Below, in pieces: positions 46,113 through 55,328 of a DNA stretch of 64,000 bases. Position numbers and translations under genes: made by a program. This stretch comes from a virus. Below the pieces are notes generated by a model. The model had not been told where the DNA came from and ran no database searches. It worked only from the letters and a program-made list of their open reading frames with translations. The number at the start of each line of letters is the position of its first letter. Within the stretch, counting starts at the first letter, position 1. The stretch spans positions 1 through 64,000 of the IMG/VR virus record IMGVR_UViG_3300025151_000023. The stretch is one strand, 5' to 3'.

Positions 46113-47105
46113 TTATTTTTGTCTTGCTCTAATCATTGCAAGTATGTCTTCTGCTTTACTACCACTAGTCTGCGTTTGTGCCGCAGGTTCTGGGGCTGGT
46201 TGAGCCGCAGGTTGTGGTTGAGGCGCAGGCTCTGGTGTAACTTGTGGAGTTACTGGGGCTGTTGTTGCCTCCATTGCTGGTGCCGGTGCCGGTGTTGCAG
46301 TGGTGCCACTTCCGGTTGCAGGAGCCTTAAATCCTCCTGGACGGAAATACTGACTGAATTTATCTGCATCATATGGTTCCCCATCAACTGACGCTTTAAA
46401 CATTTCTTCCATTACTTTAATTTCTACTTCAGTTGGTTTCTTTGGTAGATAATCACCTAAGTTATGTAAGCCATATGTCTCTATTGCACTTTGTTGTTCT
46501 GCACTTAGCGGAGAAGTTTTTCTTGACCATTTAGAAGTTGAATAGTCTGCATAACCACCTTTGGTAGTTTTGTTTACTCTAAAATCAACACCTCTAGTAT
46601 AGTCAGTTGGTAAATCTTCCATTTCTGAATCCATCAATGCAGATTTAATAATGTTGAAGATTTGCGGACCAATTATAAAACGTCTGATTGGATTCTCCGG
46701 TGTAGCATCTTCCTGCAATGGTGATGCTGTTACAAAGCCTTGAAATATGTAAGAACGTTTCTTCCAATATTTCCTACCTAAGTCTTCTAATGATTTGTCT
46801 TTGAACCATTGTCTTACTTCTGCAAGAATTGGACAAGCTTCGTTATACATTTCCATACAAGGAATTTGCACCTGTACAGGTCCAGATGAAGCATCACCTT
46901 TTACTGAATTGAAAGGCAATTTGATCATTGCTCTTTCAGTCCAAAAGAAAGTATTGTTTGGATCTTTGTCGGGTAAAAATCTTAAAACTGCTTCTGAGTT
47001 TTCTGGAATATTCCAGTGCGGATATATTGCATTGTCGCCACCTTCACCTGAAGGTTTTGAGTTTTGAGCCTGCAATTTAGCTCTTATATCAGCCAATGTT
47101 GCCAT
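46113..47105 (-). CDS. single-stranded DNA-binding protein (T4 gp32-like)
   Basis: RFLPD, PC.EM..E.CPI, YWKKRSY, YADYSTSKW, Pro/Ala-rich linker. Confidence 0.88.
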   Translation of the reverse strand: MATLADIRAKLQAQNSKPSGEGGDNAIYPHWNIPENSEAVLRFLPDKDPNNTFFWTERAMIKLPFNSVKGDASSGPVQVQIPCMEMYNEACPILAEVRQWFKDKSLEDLGRKYWKKRSYIFQGFVTASPLQEDATPENPIRRFIIGPQIFNIIKSALMDSEMEDLPTDYTRGVDFRVNKTTKGGYADYSTSKWSRKTSPLSAEQQSAIETYGLHNLGDYLPKKPTEVEIKVMEEMFKASVDGEPYDADKFSQYFRPGGFKAPATGSGTTATPAPAPAMEATTAPVTPQVTPEPAPQPQPAAQPAPEPAAQTQTSGSKAEDILAMIRARQK

Positions 47106-47150
47106 AATGATAGCCTCCTTTATTTGCCTAGTTTTATTACTATAATTTGT

Positions 47151-47179
47151 ATAATATAGATATAAGTTTGTAAAGTCAA
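47151..47179 (-). promoter_or_regulatory. sigma70-type promoter of ssb
   Basis: TTGACT-17nt-TATTAT. Confidence 0.6.
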
Positions 47180-47180
47180 T

Positions 47181-48722
47181 CTATTTTTTGAAAGGATCTT
47201 GATACTCAGATTTGGTAAAGTCTTCGTCTTCTAATACCACGTTTAATGCTTCTGTTTGTGCCAATGCCCATGCTTCAAATTGTTTTGATTCGTCTTTATA
47301 TTTTCTTTTGTATTGTTTAGAAAGTTTGCCTTTTGCGATATCTTGACCTTTGATATTTTTGAATGCTTTCATATCTTCTGGTGCTTTTCTAACTTCATCT
47401 TTGTAATCATCATCTTGTGCAATACGTTTCATATCTTGTAGATATTTGTTTGCAAGTTTTATTGCTGTGCCTTTCAGTTGTTTAATTTCAGGATCTGGTT
47501 TGTAAAACAATTCTCCTTGACTTACTAATTGTGTATCCATGTCTGCCGCAAAGTTTGCCACTGCATCATCATCTGGATTTGTTGATAAAAATCTTGTAGC
47601 AATATCTCTCATAATAGTTGCTAATTTTAGATTAGTTTCTTTTTGTTGCCTTCTTAAATTGTTTTGAAAAGTGTCATATGAATCATCTTTTTTCAAAATT
47701 AGTTTGGATTTTGGATCATTCAAAAATTGATTTACTGCTGGTGCAAATCTTGCCGCTGTGCTAGATGTTGAAACATCGTCGTCATCCTTTTCGTCATCAT
47801 CTTTATATTCAGTAATAGGTAACAGTTTAAATGCATCAACTAATGCATCGTCGAAAGTTTCTTTAGTAAACATTTTTACCATTGCATTAATATTATCTTC
47901 CGATACTTCCTCAATTGGAGTGTTTAAAGATTCTACAGCAGTGTCATAACTTCTAACACCAGCTAGTTTATGCAGTGTTTTTTTAGCATCTAAGATTTTT
48001 GTATTTGCCGCTGTCAAATATGGTTGTGTATTTTCATCTACCATATTGTGTTTGATTGCATATTTTGTAAATGTTCTAAGTTTAGCCATTTCCTCAACTT
48101 TATTAATAATAGCTTCACCTATTTGATCGTATGGATTGCCACCTTTTGCTACGTGCATTTGCATGGCTCTTGCACCTGCTAGGTAGTTGTAAGGAAAACG
48201 GAATCGTTCACCATGTGCATTTTCGATAAAAATACAGTGTATGTTCCTAGAACGTGCTCCACTTACTGTTTCATCTACTGCTTTTGAATGACGTACAATC
48301 ATTCTAGTTTTGTCTAGTTTGTTATATGATGTTTTACTTGTTCCGTGCATGTTACTTTCCTGTACTGTATTTACTTGTGACATGAATTCAAAGTCTCCTT
48401 GCTCTAGATCTAATTTTTCCATGTCTTGTGGTTTAAATGTTAGGTTATGGGACACTGCAAATTCCTTCATTGCTCTAGCAAAATTGTACCATTCTTGCTC
48501 TTCGCTAGGATCAACACTGTCTGTTAAGTTTTTGTTGTATATTAATCTAAGTGTTTGTTCATCTAGTGCAATTGATACAGGATTACCCAGAAAATTAAAT
48601 TTAAAAAATCTAGCATCTTCGGGTGATGTAGTTACTGATGCTTCGTTATTCCCTAGTGTAATGTTTGAATACCGAGCTCGGATTTCATCAAATAAGTCTT
48701 TTGCTACTGCTTCTATGTCCAT
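47181..48722 (-). CDS. conserved late (head-module) protein
   Basis: TAAATA-6nt-ATG; RSRNI..IFIEN..GERF..P...LAGARAM. Confidence 0.65.
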   Translation of the reverse strand: MDIEAVAKDLFDEIRARYSNITLGNNEASVTTSPEDARFFKFNFLGNPVSIALDEQTLRLIYNKNLTDSVDPSEEQEWYNFARAMKEFAVSHNLTFKPQDMEKLDLEQGDFEFMSQVNTVQESNMHGTSKTSYNKLDKTRMIVRHSKAVDETVSGARSRNIHCIFIENAHGERFRFPYNYLAGARAMQMHVAKGGNPYDQIGEAIINKVEEMAKLRTFTKYAIKHNMVDENTQPYLTAANTKILDAKKTLHKLAGVRSYDTAVESLNTPIEEVSEDNINAMVKMFTKETFDDALVDAFKLLPITEYKDDDEKDDDDVSTSSTAARFAPAVNQFLNDPKSKLILKKDDSYDTFQNNLRRQQKETNLKLATIMRDIATRFLSTNPDDDAVANFAADMDTQLVSQGELFYKPDPEIKQLKGTAIKLANKYLQDMKRIAQDDDYKDEVRKAPEDMKAFKNIKGQDIAKGKLSKQYKRKYKDESKQFEAWALAQTEALNVVLEDEDFTKSEYQDPFKK

Positions 48723-48731
48723 CTTGTGTAT

Positions 48732-49709
48732 TTATTCTATGCTGTGTTTTGATTTTTTACATATTGATAGTATCTTATTAGCTAAATTTTGTTCAAAATC
48801 ATCGTACAGTGTTCTCAGATGCCTTAATTTTGCTTGATTGTGTGCCAGTATTGTTTGTATGGCACTGTTATCAGCTGACTGGCTTAAAAAGTAATTTTTG
48901 AAGCTATTACAAGCTAATTGTATGCGTTTATTTGTGTTGGGTTCACTGTCGTATGACTCGTCAATATGTGGATGAAATGTTTTGAAGCCTAGCTGTCTTA
49001 ATTTTTTCAAATAATTTTGGCAACCGACCATTACAAATGGTATTCCTGCTCTTATAGGTTTAATTGTTTTTTCAGTGATAAAAAAGAAATCAGTTTCGGT
49101 TTCGGTTACTAATTCTATTTTACTACGTGAATATGCCGGAATCAAATCTGCATCTGCCCAATCGGTATTTGCACCTGTCTTTGTAAATTCCGCATGTTGA
49201 TGTTTGAAATAAGAATGTGGCACACTTTTCCTAAACATGTATTTGCTTAACTTATTGTAATTTGTGGATTCATCATACACAAAGTCGTTTGGATAATTGA
49301 ACATTTGCAAGTTTTCTAAAAGCCATTGCTCAACAACTTGCCTGTGAGGTCTGCTTTTTGACATCAAACAAGTCCAGTGTGTACCTTGTGCATTTGGTTG
49401 CAAAAAATCATCACCTAACCAAATAAATCTACTCCATGGTGAAGGAATGTGCCTGTTGTAGTTTAGATTTGTACCGTCGCCAATAATATAACAATCAGGG
49501 CTTTTTAGTAAGTGACTGACTCTACTGTTGTCTGTAGGTTGATGGACAATGTAAGTTACACCCTCGGTTTCATTGTTACGCATGTGCCAAAATATATTGG
49601 GCCAGCTGGCAACTATTACGTTGTATGGATTGGTTTCTGTGTTAAAATTTTTTATAAGGTCAGCGTCAATAAATCTACTGTTGAATTTATCACAACCAAC
49701 ACGAAACAT
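48732..49709 (-). CDS. GT-B glycosyltransferase-like (GT10-like TEK motif)
   Basis: RPHR, ELVTET..FITEKT.KPI...PF, LGFKTF. Confidence 0.55.
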   Translation of the reverse strand: MFRVGCDKFNSRFIDADLIKNFNTETNPYNVIVASWPNIFWHMRNNETEGVTYIVHQPTDNSRVSHLLKSPDCYIIGDGTNLNYNRHIPSPWSRFIWLGDDFLQPNAQGTHWTCLMSKSRPHRQVVEQWLLENLQMFNYPNDFVYDESTNYNKLSKYMFRKSVPHSYFKHQHAEFTKTGANTDWADADLIPAYSRSKIELVTETETDFFFITEKTIKPIRAGIPFVMVGCQNYLKKLRQLGFKTFHPHIDESYDSEPNTNKRIQLACNSFKNYFLSQSADNSAIQTILAHNQAKLRHLRTLYDDFEQNLANKILSICKKSKHSIE

Positions 49710-51283
49710 TATGTGCTTGATATGAATATAGGCATAGGCATTGTCATTTCTGTATCAGAATCTCTTAGCCTTTCAAAGATTTTATCATCCCAAGTTGCTA
49801 CTGATACTGCCATTCTTACTACTAATAGTGTTGCCATCACAAGGTCATCATGTTCTCCTATTTTTGCACTAAAAGAATTGCCTGTTGCAACAAAATTTTT
49901 CAGTTCTGTAATTAAATTTTTAGATTTAACAGATAGACTGCCGCTCTCTAGCATCTGCTTAAATTTAGCACATGCGGCCATTTTTGAATTGTGTGTTGTG
50001 TTATAACCTTTGCGGAATCTACGCACATGTCCTTTTCTTACAGTTTCGCTCAATAAAACTCCAGGAATGTTTTCTTCGCCTATGTCAGCTATAGCTACTA
50101 AGCCAGCTTCACCTAGTGTGTTATTTTCAATTGAATAGTATATTTCATTTTGAACGCCAACTGTGTTAGCAATTTGTTCTAGTATTTGCTTTAGTATCCT
50201 AACTTGACCTTGTATAGGTGTTGCATTGTGTTGCCATTCGGCTACTTGTGTCATCTCTGGCATTTGATACACTTGTATCGCGGCATAGTCGCCACCAGTA
50301 CCCAGTGATGGATCTAATCCTACTAGATATGCTTTTCCTTTTTTAACAGTATCATACCATCGAACGTGACCATGTCTTTGCACCGGTTCAATACCTTCAA
50401 GTTCTGCCAGTTTGATTGGCTTAATTAAAGTTTCGTCGTAGATTAGAAATTCACAATCATGCTCACGTCTAAAACGTTCTTCGCCAATTCTTGCACGTTC
50501 TTCTTTTGCCCATTCTTCAGTTCTATCAGGATGTTCTCTCCACGAAGCATGAAAGGCCGCGAATCCATTTTTTCCTACTGGTAGTTCATTGCCATAGGCA
50601 TCTTGCTTTTTGTTTGCTTCTTTCCATATTAGTGCAAATTGGTCTTCGTCTGAGTTTGGTGTTGACGTAATTATACACTTACCGCCTGTTGCTAGTGTGG
50701 GTGCTAGTGAAGTCCAGAATTCTCTGGCTTTGGAAGGTGGATTTACAAATGCAAACTCGTCACAATATATTACAGAAAGTGACATACCTCTTCCTGTGTT
50801 TTCGGTAGTTGTAGTTGCTTTTATTCTTGAGCCATTGTCAAATTCTAATGTGTTTCTGTTGTATGAGTAGGCACCAGCACGTAAAAAATCTGGTAAGTTC
50901 TCATAAACAAATCTCACTCTGTTCATGATGTCTTGTGCACCAGTAAATTTATGAGCCGCAATTAGTATTTGTGAATCAGGCACAAACATAGCATACCAAA
51001 TCAAGTAAGCTGATGCACATGTAGTTTTACCTGTTTGCCTTGGCAACATTGCGATTGAGAAACGATTGCGATGATAAGTTTCTACCAAACCTTTTTGGTA
51101 TTTGAACATTTCAAATTTCATTGAGCCTTTAGTAGGATGTTGTATCATGCAATAGTTTTGCATGAAGTACAATGGTCCAGTTTTAGGATTGATACACTTG
51201 TTTAGCTCAATAATTTGCTGTTCAGTATATTTTACTTTTGTGTGAGCTTTTTTGGTGAGATTGCCTTGTAAACTTTGTGCCAT
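49709..51283 (-). CDS. terminase large subunit (T4 gp17-like)
   Basis: PRQTGKT, YCDEFAF, ITSTPN, GLDPSLG, HDDLVM. Confidence 0.95.
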   Translation of the reverse strand: MAQSLQGNLTKKAHTKVKYTEQQIIELNKCINPKTGPLYFMQNYCMIQHPTKGSMKFEMFKYQKGLVETYHRNRFSIAMLPRQTGKTTCASAYLIWYAMFVPDSQILIAAHKFTGAQDIMNRVRFVYENLPDFLRAGAYSYNRNTLEFDNGSRIKATTTTENTGRGMSLSVIYCDEFAFVNPPSKAREFWTSLAPTLATGGKCIITSTPNSDEDQFALIWKEANKKQDAYGNELPVGKNGFAAFHASWREHPDRTEEWAKEERARIGEERFRREHDCEFLIYDETLIKPIKLAELEGIEPVQRHGHVRWYDTVKKGKAYLVGLDPSLGTGGDYAAIQVYQMPEMTQVAEWQHNATPIQGQVRILKQILEQIANTVGVQNEIYYSIENNTLGEAGLVAIADIGEENIPGVLLSETVRKGHVRRFRKGYNTTHNSKMAACAKFKQMLESGSLSVKSKNLITELKNFVATGNSFSAKIGEHDDLVMATLLVVRMAVSVATWDDKIFERLRDSDTEMTMPMPIFISST

Positions 51284-51306
51284 GCTAATATTTACAGTTT
51301 GTAATT

Positions 51307-51909
51307 TTAGTTTTTAGCTAATTGAGAACCAGCAGAACCTGACCAAGTTTCTGTACCTGTGCCTTTGCTGTGAATACCAATTTTATTTTTTTCATCTACT
51401 GGCATTTCGTATGGTTTGCCTGTTGCTTTCTCAGGAACTGGTCTTCCAGAATTTTTTCTATCAGTCATTAGTTCTTTAAACATAGTCATATTGTACTTGT
51501 CGCCAAATTTAACTTCTGGTTCGCCAGCATCTTTAAATTCTAAATCATTAAGTCTTGCTTCTTCAGGCATTTCAACTGGATCTTCAGTTTGATCCGTTGG
51601 CAGTTTTACCTTTAGATGATCTTGAGGTATACCAAATGTTTCTTGTAGCACTTGTTCTAATACTGCAAACTGCATAGGATAAGCCGCTTCAACATCATAT
51701 ATTGTAACTTCCTTGTTTTTCAGTCTTGGAAATTCATGTGGATGTTCTTGTATTGGTGTAGCGCCTACTTTTTTAACACTTAAAGTTTCATATTTGCCCA
51801 TTAAATCTTTAAGTTTTGCTTCAAATCCTTCTGGTAATTCGCCAGCTACTTTTATACGTGCCGCGTAGACTTTAGTTGCTTCTGCTAAAAATTCTTTGAA
51901 TGTTTTCAT
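51307..51909 (-). CDS. hypothetical head-module protein
   Basis: MKTFKEFLAE N-terminus typical of T4-like head/core proteins. Confidence 0.6.
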   Translation of the reverse strand: MKTFKEFLAEATKVYAARIKVAGELPEGFEAKLKDLMGKYETLSVKKVGATPIQEHPHEFPRLKNKEVTIYDVEAAYPMQFAVLEQVLQETFGIPQDHLKVKLPTDQTEDPVEMPEEARLNDLEFKDAGEPEVKFGDKYNMTMFKELMTDRKNSGRPVPEKATGKPYEMPVDEKNKIGIHSKGTGTETWSGSAGSQLAKN

Positions 51910-51914
51910 ACTTT

Positions 51915-52409
51915 TTATTTATCGTCTTTCGAATTAGCAAGTATCTGTTGTATCAGCTCGTTCCTGTCTGCTATCACTGATCCAGTACCTGTGACTACAT
52001 CTTCGTCTGGTTTATTGTTGTCTAATTTCATCTTTTTCAGCTGTAATTCTATCATTTTCAGCTTTTTATCAACTTTAGTATTTTTTGCACTTATGGCATT
52101 TTGCATCATAGACGACGCTACTTCTAGTATTCTACCTGCTAATCTAGGTTCTATGTTCATGCCCAAATCAATAAGATCTTTGTATGTTTGAAATGATTCA
52201 GTTGCATATTTGTCTATATCTGCATCGTCTTCTAAACCTTCAACTTGTGGCAAAGCAGAGTCTATTTTGTCTAAGCCTATTTTGGTTTTTATCAACGCAT
52301 CAGCTTCTTTGTCGTCTTTTACTTGTTGTTCGTCATTTAAGCTGTCCACCATTTGTTCTGGTGTGTTGTCAGAATCTAGCTCAAACATTTCTTCTAATTT
52401 TTTCGTCAT
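51915..52409 (-). CDS. terminase small subunit-like
   Basis: Helical, LIDLGMN, DRNEL C-terminus; position upstream of TerL. Confidence 0.6.
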   Translation of the reverse strand: MTKKLEEMFELDSDNTPEQMVDSLNDEQQVKDDKEADALIKTKIGLDKIDSALPQVEGLEDDADIDKYATESFQTYKDLIDLGMNIEPRLAGRILEVASSMMQNAISAKNTKVDKKLKMIELQLKKMKLDNNKPDEDVVTGTGSVIADRNELIQQILANSKDDK

Positions 52410-52415
52410 CTACTT

Positions 52416-52835
52416 TTATTTAAAGATATCTGACTCTGTTATCACACGAAAGCGAATGCCTTTGCCTTTTGCCCATTTGTTTGCGGCTTCCCATTTTGCT
52501 CTGTTCACCACATAGGCCGCTTGGTTTTGTATATTCTTACCTACAGATTCTAACTTGGCTTGGTTGTTTGGCTTTACTTCAATTAGTTCACCTCTGCGTT
52601 TTCCTTTGCTTTGATACACAATAAAAAAGTCTGGCACATAGATTGTATTTTTACCAGTAAGCGGATGCCTATAAGGTATTTTAATAGACTCTGATGACCA
52701 ACCTATTATTGCTGGATTGTTATCACAAAAACGCATAAACGCCCACTCCCATGAAGAACGGTACTTTGGTGTTTTTTTGCCTATGTACTTGTCTACATTT
52801 TTTGGCTGGAACAGTCCTTGCGACCACCTGTTCAT
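52416..52835 (-). CDS. head completion nuclease (T4 gp4-like, TnsA-fold)
   Basis: YRSSWE, WSSE, YVPDF, IEVKP, KWEAA. Confidence 0.88.
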   Translation of the reverse strand: MNRWSQGLFQPKNVDKYIGKKTPKYRSSWEWAFMRFCDNNPAIIGWSSESIKIPYRHPLTGKNTIYVPDFFIVYQSKGKRRGELIEVKPNNQAKLESVGKNIQNQAAYVVNRAKWEAANKWAKGKGIRFRVITESDIFK

Positions 52836-52836
52836 G

Positions 52837-53244
52837 TTATGCCTTAATATTTCTATTGATATGATCTGCTGTATCTCTTGCCTGCTTGTAACCTAGCACA
52901 GATGTTTTGTATCGGTTTGCATTCAATATTTCAGCTACTAATTGAGAAAGCACTACTGGTGTTGCTTTGCCTAGTGTGTCTAGTACTTGGAAGATCGGAA
53001 CGTTGTCTGTCTTTGCCTGTTTGAGCAAAATGTATCCAATCGATTGAGCTGATTCTCTGGTGTATTCTTTGCCTTCAAAAAAGCCTACCACAGCATCATA
53101 TTCAGATGCACTAAATTCAACTCGCTCTTCCGATAGCCCTTCTAAAAATTGTACAATAGCTTTACTGTCAGTAGTCTTGCCTACTGCTAAATTGCTGAAT
53201 AAAGTTTTTCCTTCAGCTGATGATCCACTTGTTCCGTATGCCAT
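52837..53244 (-). CDS. conserved structural-module protein
   Basis: Coupled ORF between tail and head genes. Confidence 0.65.
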   Translation of the reverse strand: MAYGTSGSSAEGKTLFSNLAVGKTTDSKAIVQFLEGLSEERVEFSASEYDAVVGFFEGKEYTRESAQSIGYILLKQAKTDNVPIFQVLDTLGKATPVVLSQLVAEILNANRYKTSVLGYKQARDTADHINRNIKA

Positions 53245-54560
53245 TATTGTACCTCTAGTATTTTATTATATGTATCTTTGTCTACTGTGTAGTTTAAAAT
53301 TCCCTGTTGTGAAAGTGTTTGTGCTTTTGTTGGCGCATCTGTAAGGTATGCATTTTTTTCATTAGTTGTAAGTTTTGCCCATTCTGTTTCTACATTGTTT
53401 ACATCTAAATTTCTGTCTGTTTTAAATGAAATATATTTTGCGATTTTTGTTTTGGCAACTGTATTTGCAGTAATGTATTTTTTGGCCTGTGCTGGAGTAA
53501 GCACAACTTCATTGCCAACTGCTTTGAATTTTGTTCCTGTGCTTGCAGTAACTCTTGTAGCTTTGCTTTCTTTTACTTTATTAATGGTATTTTTCTTTCT
53601 AATGTTTTGAGGAAATATTACACCAGGTTTTGAAGTTGCACCTAAATTGTTGTAACCGCCTTTGATTGCATCTTTAGCCAATCCAATAATTTCTTCTTCT
53701 GCACCTCTTATACCACTTCCATTTTTAATTTTTTCATAGGCGCCTGCCGCTGTCAATGCCGCACCAAGCAAGTTGCCTTCTTGTAATAAACCAACTGATT
53801 GTGCCGCACCAGTAAGTATACCAAATACAGAATCGCCACCACTTCTATTTGGTGATGGGCTTTTGTCATAGTGGAATGTTGCAAAGCCTTCTGGGTCGGC
53901 ACCAACAGCTCCATTTTTAATTTTAACCCCAGAATAACTTACTGAAAATGTGTGAGAGTTTAGACCAGTGCCTGCGTCTTGTGCCATTGATCCGTTACTC
54001 CAATCATTAACTACAGGATTCATCATTTGATATTCTGTGAATCTTTTTCTGCCCATTTGGAAAATTGATATGCTATTAAAAAATTTATTGTGTTTGGCAA
54101 CATCTCTGCCCCATCTGCCAGCTTTACTAAAACCGTAACCTTGTCTGCTGTATCCTCCTTCTCCTATGTTTGGATCAACAATATAGTGTTGATAATATGA
54201 TTTAAACAATGATGTTGCAACGTCTCCCATATCATCGTGTAGTTCTATTCTTACTGGTTGATATGTGATACCTGTTTGTGAATAATTTTTATAGTTGTAT
54301 TGATTTTTAAGTTCAACGTTGAATTGGTATGCTGGTAAATCAGTGCTTTTTACGATCATGCCTAATTCAATTTTCTCACTGCCACCTAAAGCACTGCCTG
54401 ATGCAAATCCATTAACATTAAAGTTCACGTGATATAAAAACTGATTTTTTGGTTGTAGCCTGTGTAGATCATCAGTGTACAAACGAGCGGCATGTTGATA
54501 ATCTTTGAGGATATCGCCACCAACAAGTTGTTTAAGAAAATTAGAACGCCAGTTAGCCAT
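53244..54560 (-). CDS. tail-tube-like baseplate junction protein (gp48/gp54-like)
   Basis: DLP..., NQYN, Y.PV.I..HDD tube fold; TAAATA-6nt-ATG. Confidence 0.65.
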   Translation of the reverse strand: MANWRSNFLKQLVGGDILKDYQHAARLYTDDLHRLQPKNQFLYHVNFNVNGFASGSALGGSEKIELGMIVKSTDLPAYQFNVELKNQYNYKNYSQTGITYQPVRIELHDDMGDVATSLFKSYYQHYIVDPNIGEGGYSRQGYGFSKAGRWGRDVAKHNKFFNSISIFQMGRKRFTEYQMMNPVVNDWSNGSMAQDAGTGLNSHTFSVSYSGVKIKNGAVGADPEGFATFHYDKSPSPNRSGGDSVFGILTGAAQSVGLLQEGNLLGAALTAAGAYEKIKNGSGIRGAEEEIIGLAKDAIKGGYNNLGATSKPGVIFPQNIRKKNTINKVKESKATRVTASTGTKFKAVGNEVVLTPAQAKKYITANTVAKTKIAKYISFKTDRNLDVNNVETEWAKLTTNEKNAYLTDAPTKAQTLSQQGILNYTVDKDTYNKILEVQ

Positions 54561-54579
54561 TTGTAATATTTATTGTCAT

Positions 54580-54608
54580 AAAAAAAGCGCCTATTAAGAC
54601 GCTTCTTT
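54580..54608 (-). terminator. rho-independent terminator after tail tube
   Basis: AAGCGTCT-TAAT-AGGCGCTT followed by a T-tract. Confidence 0.75.
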
Positions 54609-54629
54609 TAAAATTGGGAGGAATTAAAC

Positions 54630-55256
54630 TTAAATACCGCCGCCTGTAACTGCTGTATTAATTGTTCTAGCTACTGCTGAACCGATGCCTGTACCTCTTG
54701 GAGTTTGTATTGCATTGTCATATCTAATAGACATTGTAATTTGTACAGGATCTGATGTTGCGTAAGCTAATGTTCCATATTGAACGTTGTCTAAGTAACA
54801 ACCATATAGTTCATATGTTTCAAGTGTAGTTGGTGTATTAGCACCGTTACCACCATCAAGTATTTCAATTCTTGATGTAAATTTGTAATCACTGCCTGAA
54901 GCCGCACTTGATTGTTCAAAGAAATCAAATTGTTTCTGTAGTTGTTCGCCAGTAAGTTTAGTTACTTCGTTGTTAACATCATCTCTAACGTTCAGCGTGA
55001 TTGGTTCCCATGTGTGTTTACCAGCCATGTATACTCTTGAGTTGTATGCTTCAAGTGTAATTTGATCGAAAGTAATGTTTGGACGACTAACGTCTACTAC
55101 TTGTTTTGTTATTTCTGATCTAGGAGTAGATACACCAAAGTTTTCCAGAATCACTCTAAAGCGATACTGTAATTTTGGCATCAACAAACCTTGAGAGCCT
55201 GATGACTGATCACTCGCTAGTGGGACTGTAAATTTTGATAAAGTTGATACTGCCAT
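54630..55256 (-). CDS. tail tube protein (gp19-like)
   Basis: PKLQYRFRV, AGKHTWEPIT...RDD, YGC, IRYDNA; TAAATA and AGGAG. Confidence 0.88.
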   Translation of the reverse strand: MAVSTLSKFTVPLASDQSSGSQGLLMPKLQYRFRVILENFGVSTPRSEITKQVVDVSRPNITFDQITLEAYNSRVYMAGKHTWEPITLNVRDDVNNEVTKLTGEQLQKQFDFFEQSSAASGSDYKFTSRIEILDGGNGANTPTTLETYELYGCYLDNVQYGTLAYATSDPVQITMSIRYDNAIQTPRGTGIGSAVARTINTAVTGGGI

Positions 55257-55328
55257 TTTATTCTCCTACTATGAATATTTACTATCCATAATTTTTTTGT
55301 TGTTTCAAAACCTTTAAAGGCTAAGCCC

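Noticed and set aside
46160-46330. Repetitive GC-rich stretch in ssb
   Set aside because: It simply encodes a Pro/Ala/Thr-rich linker and is not a DNA repeat array.
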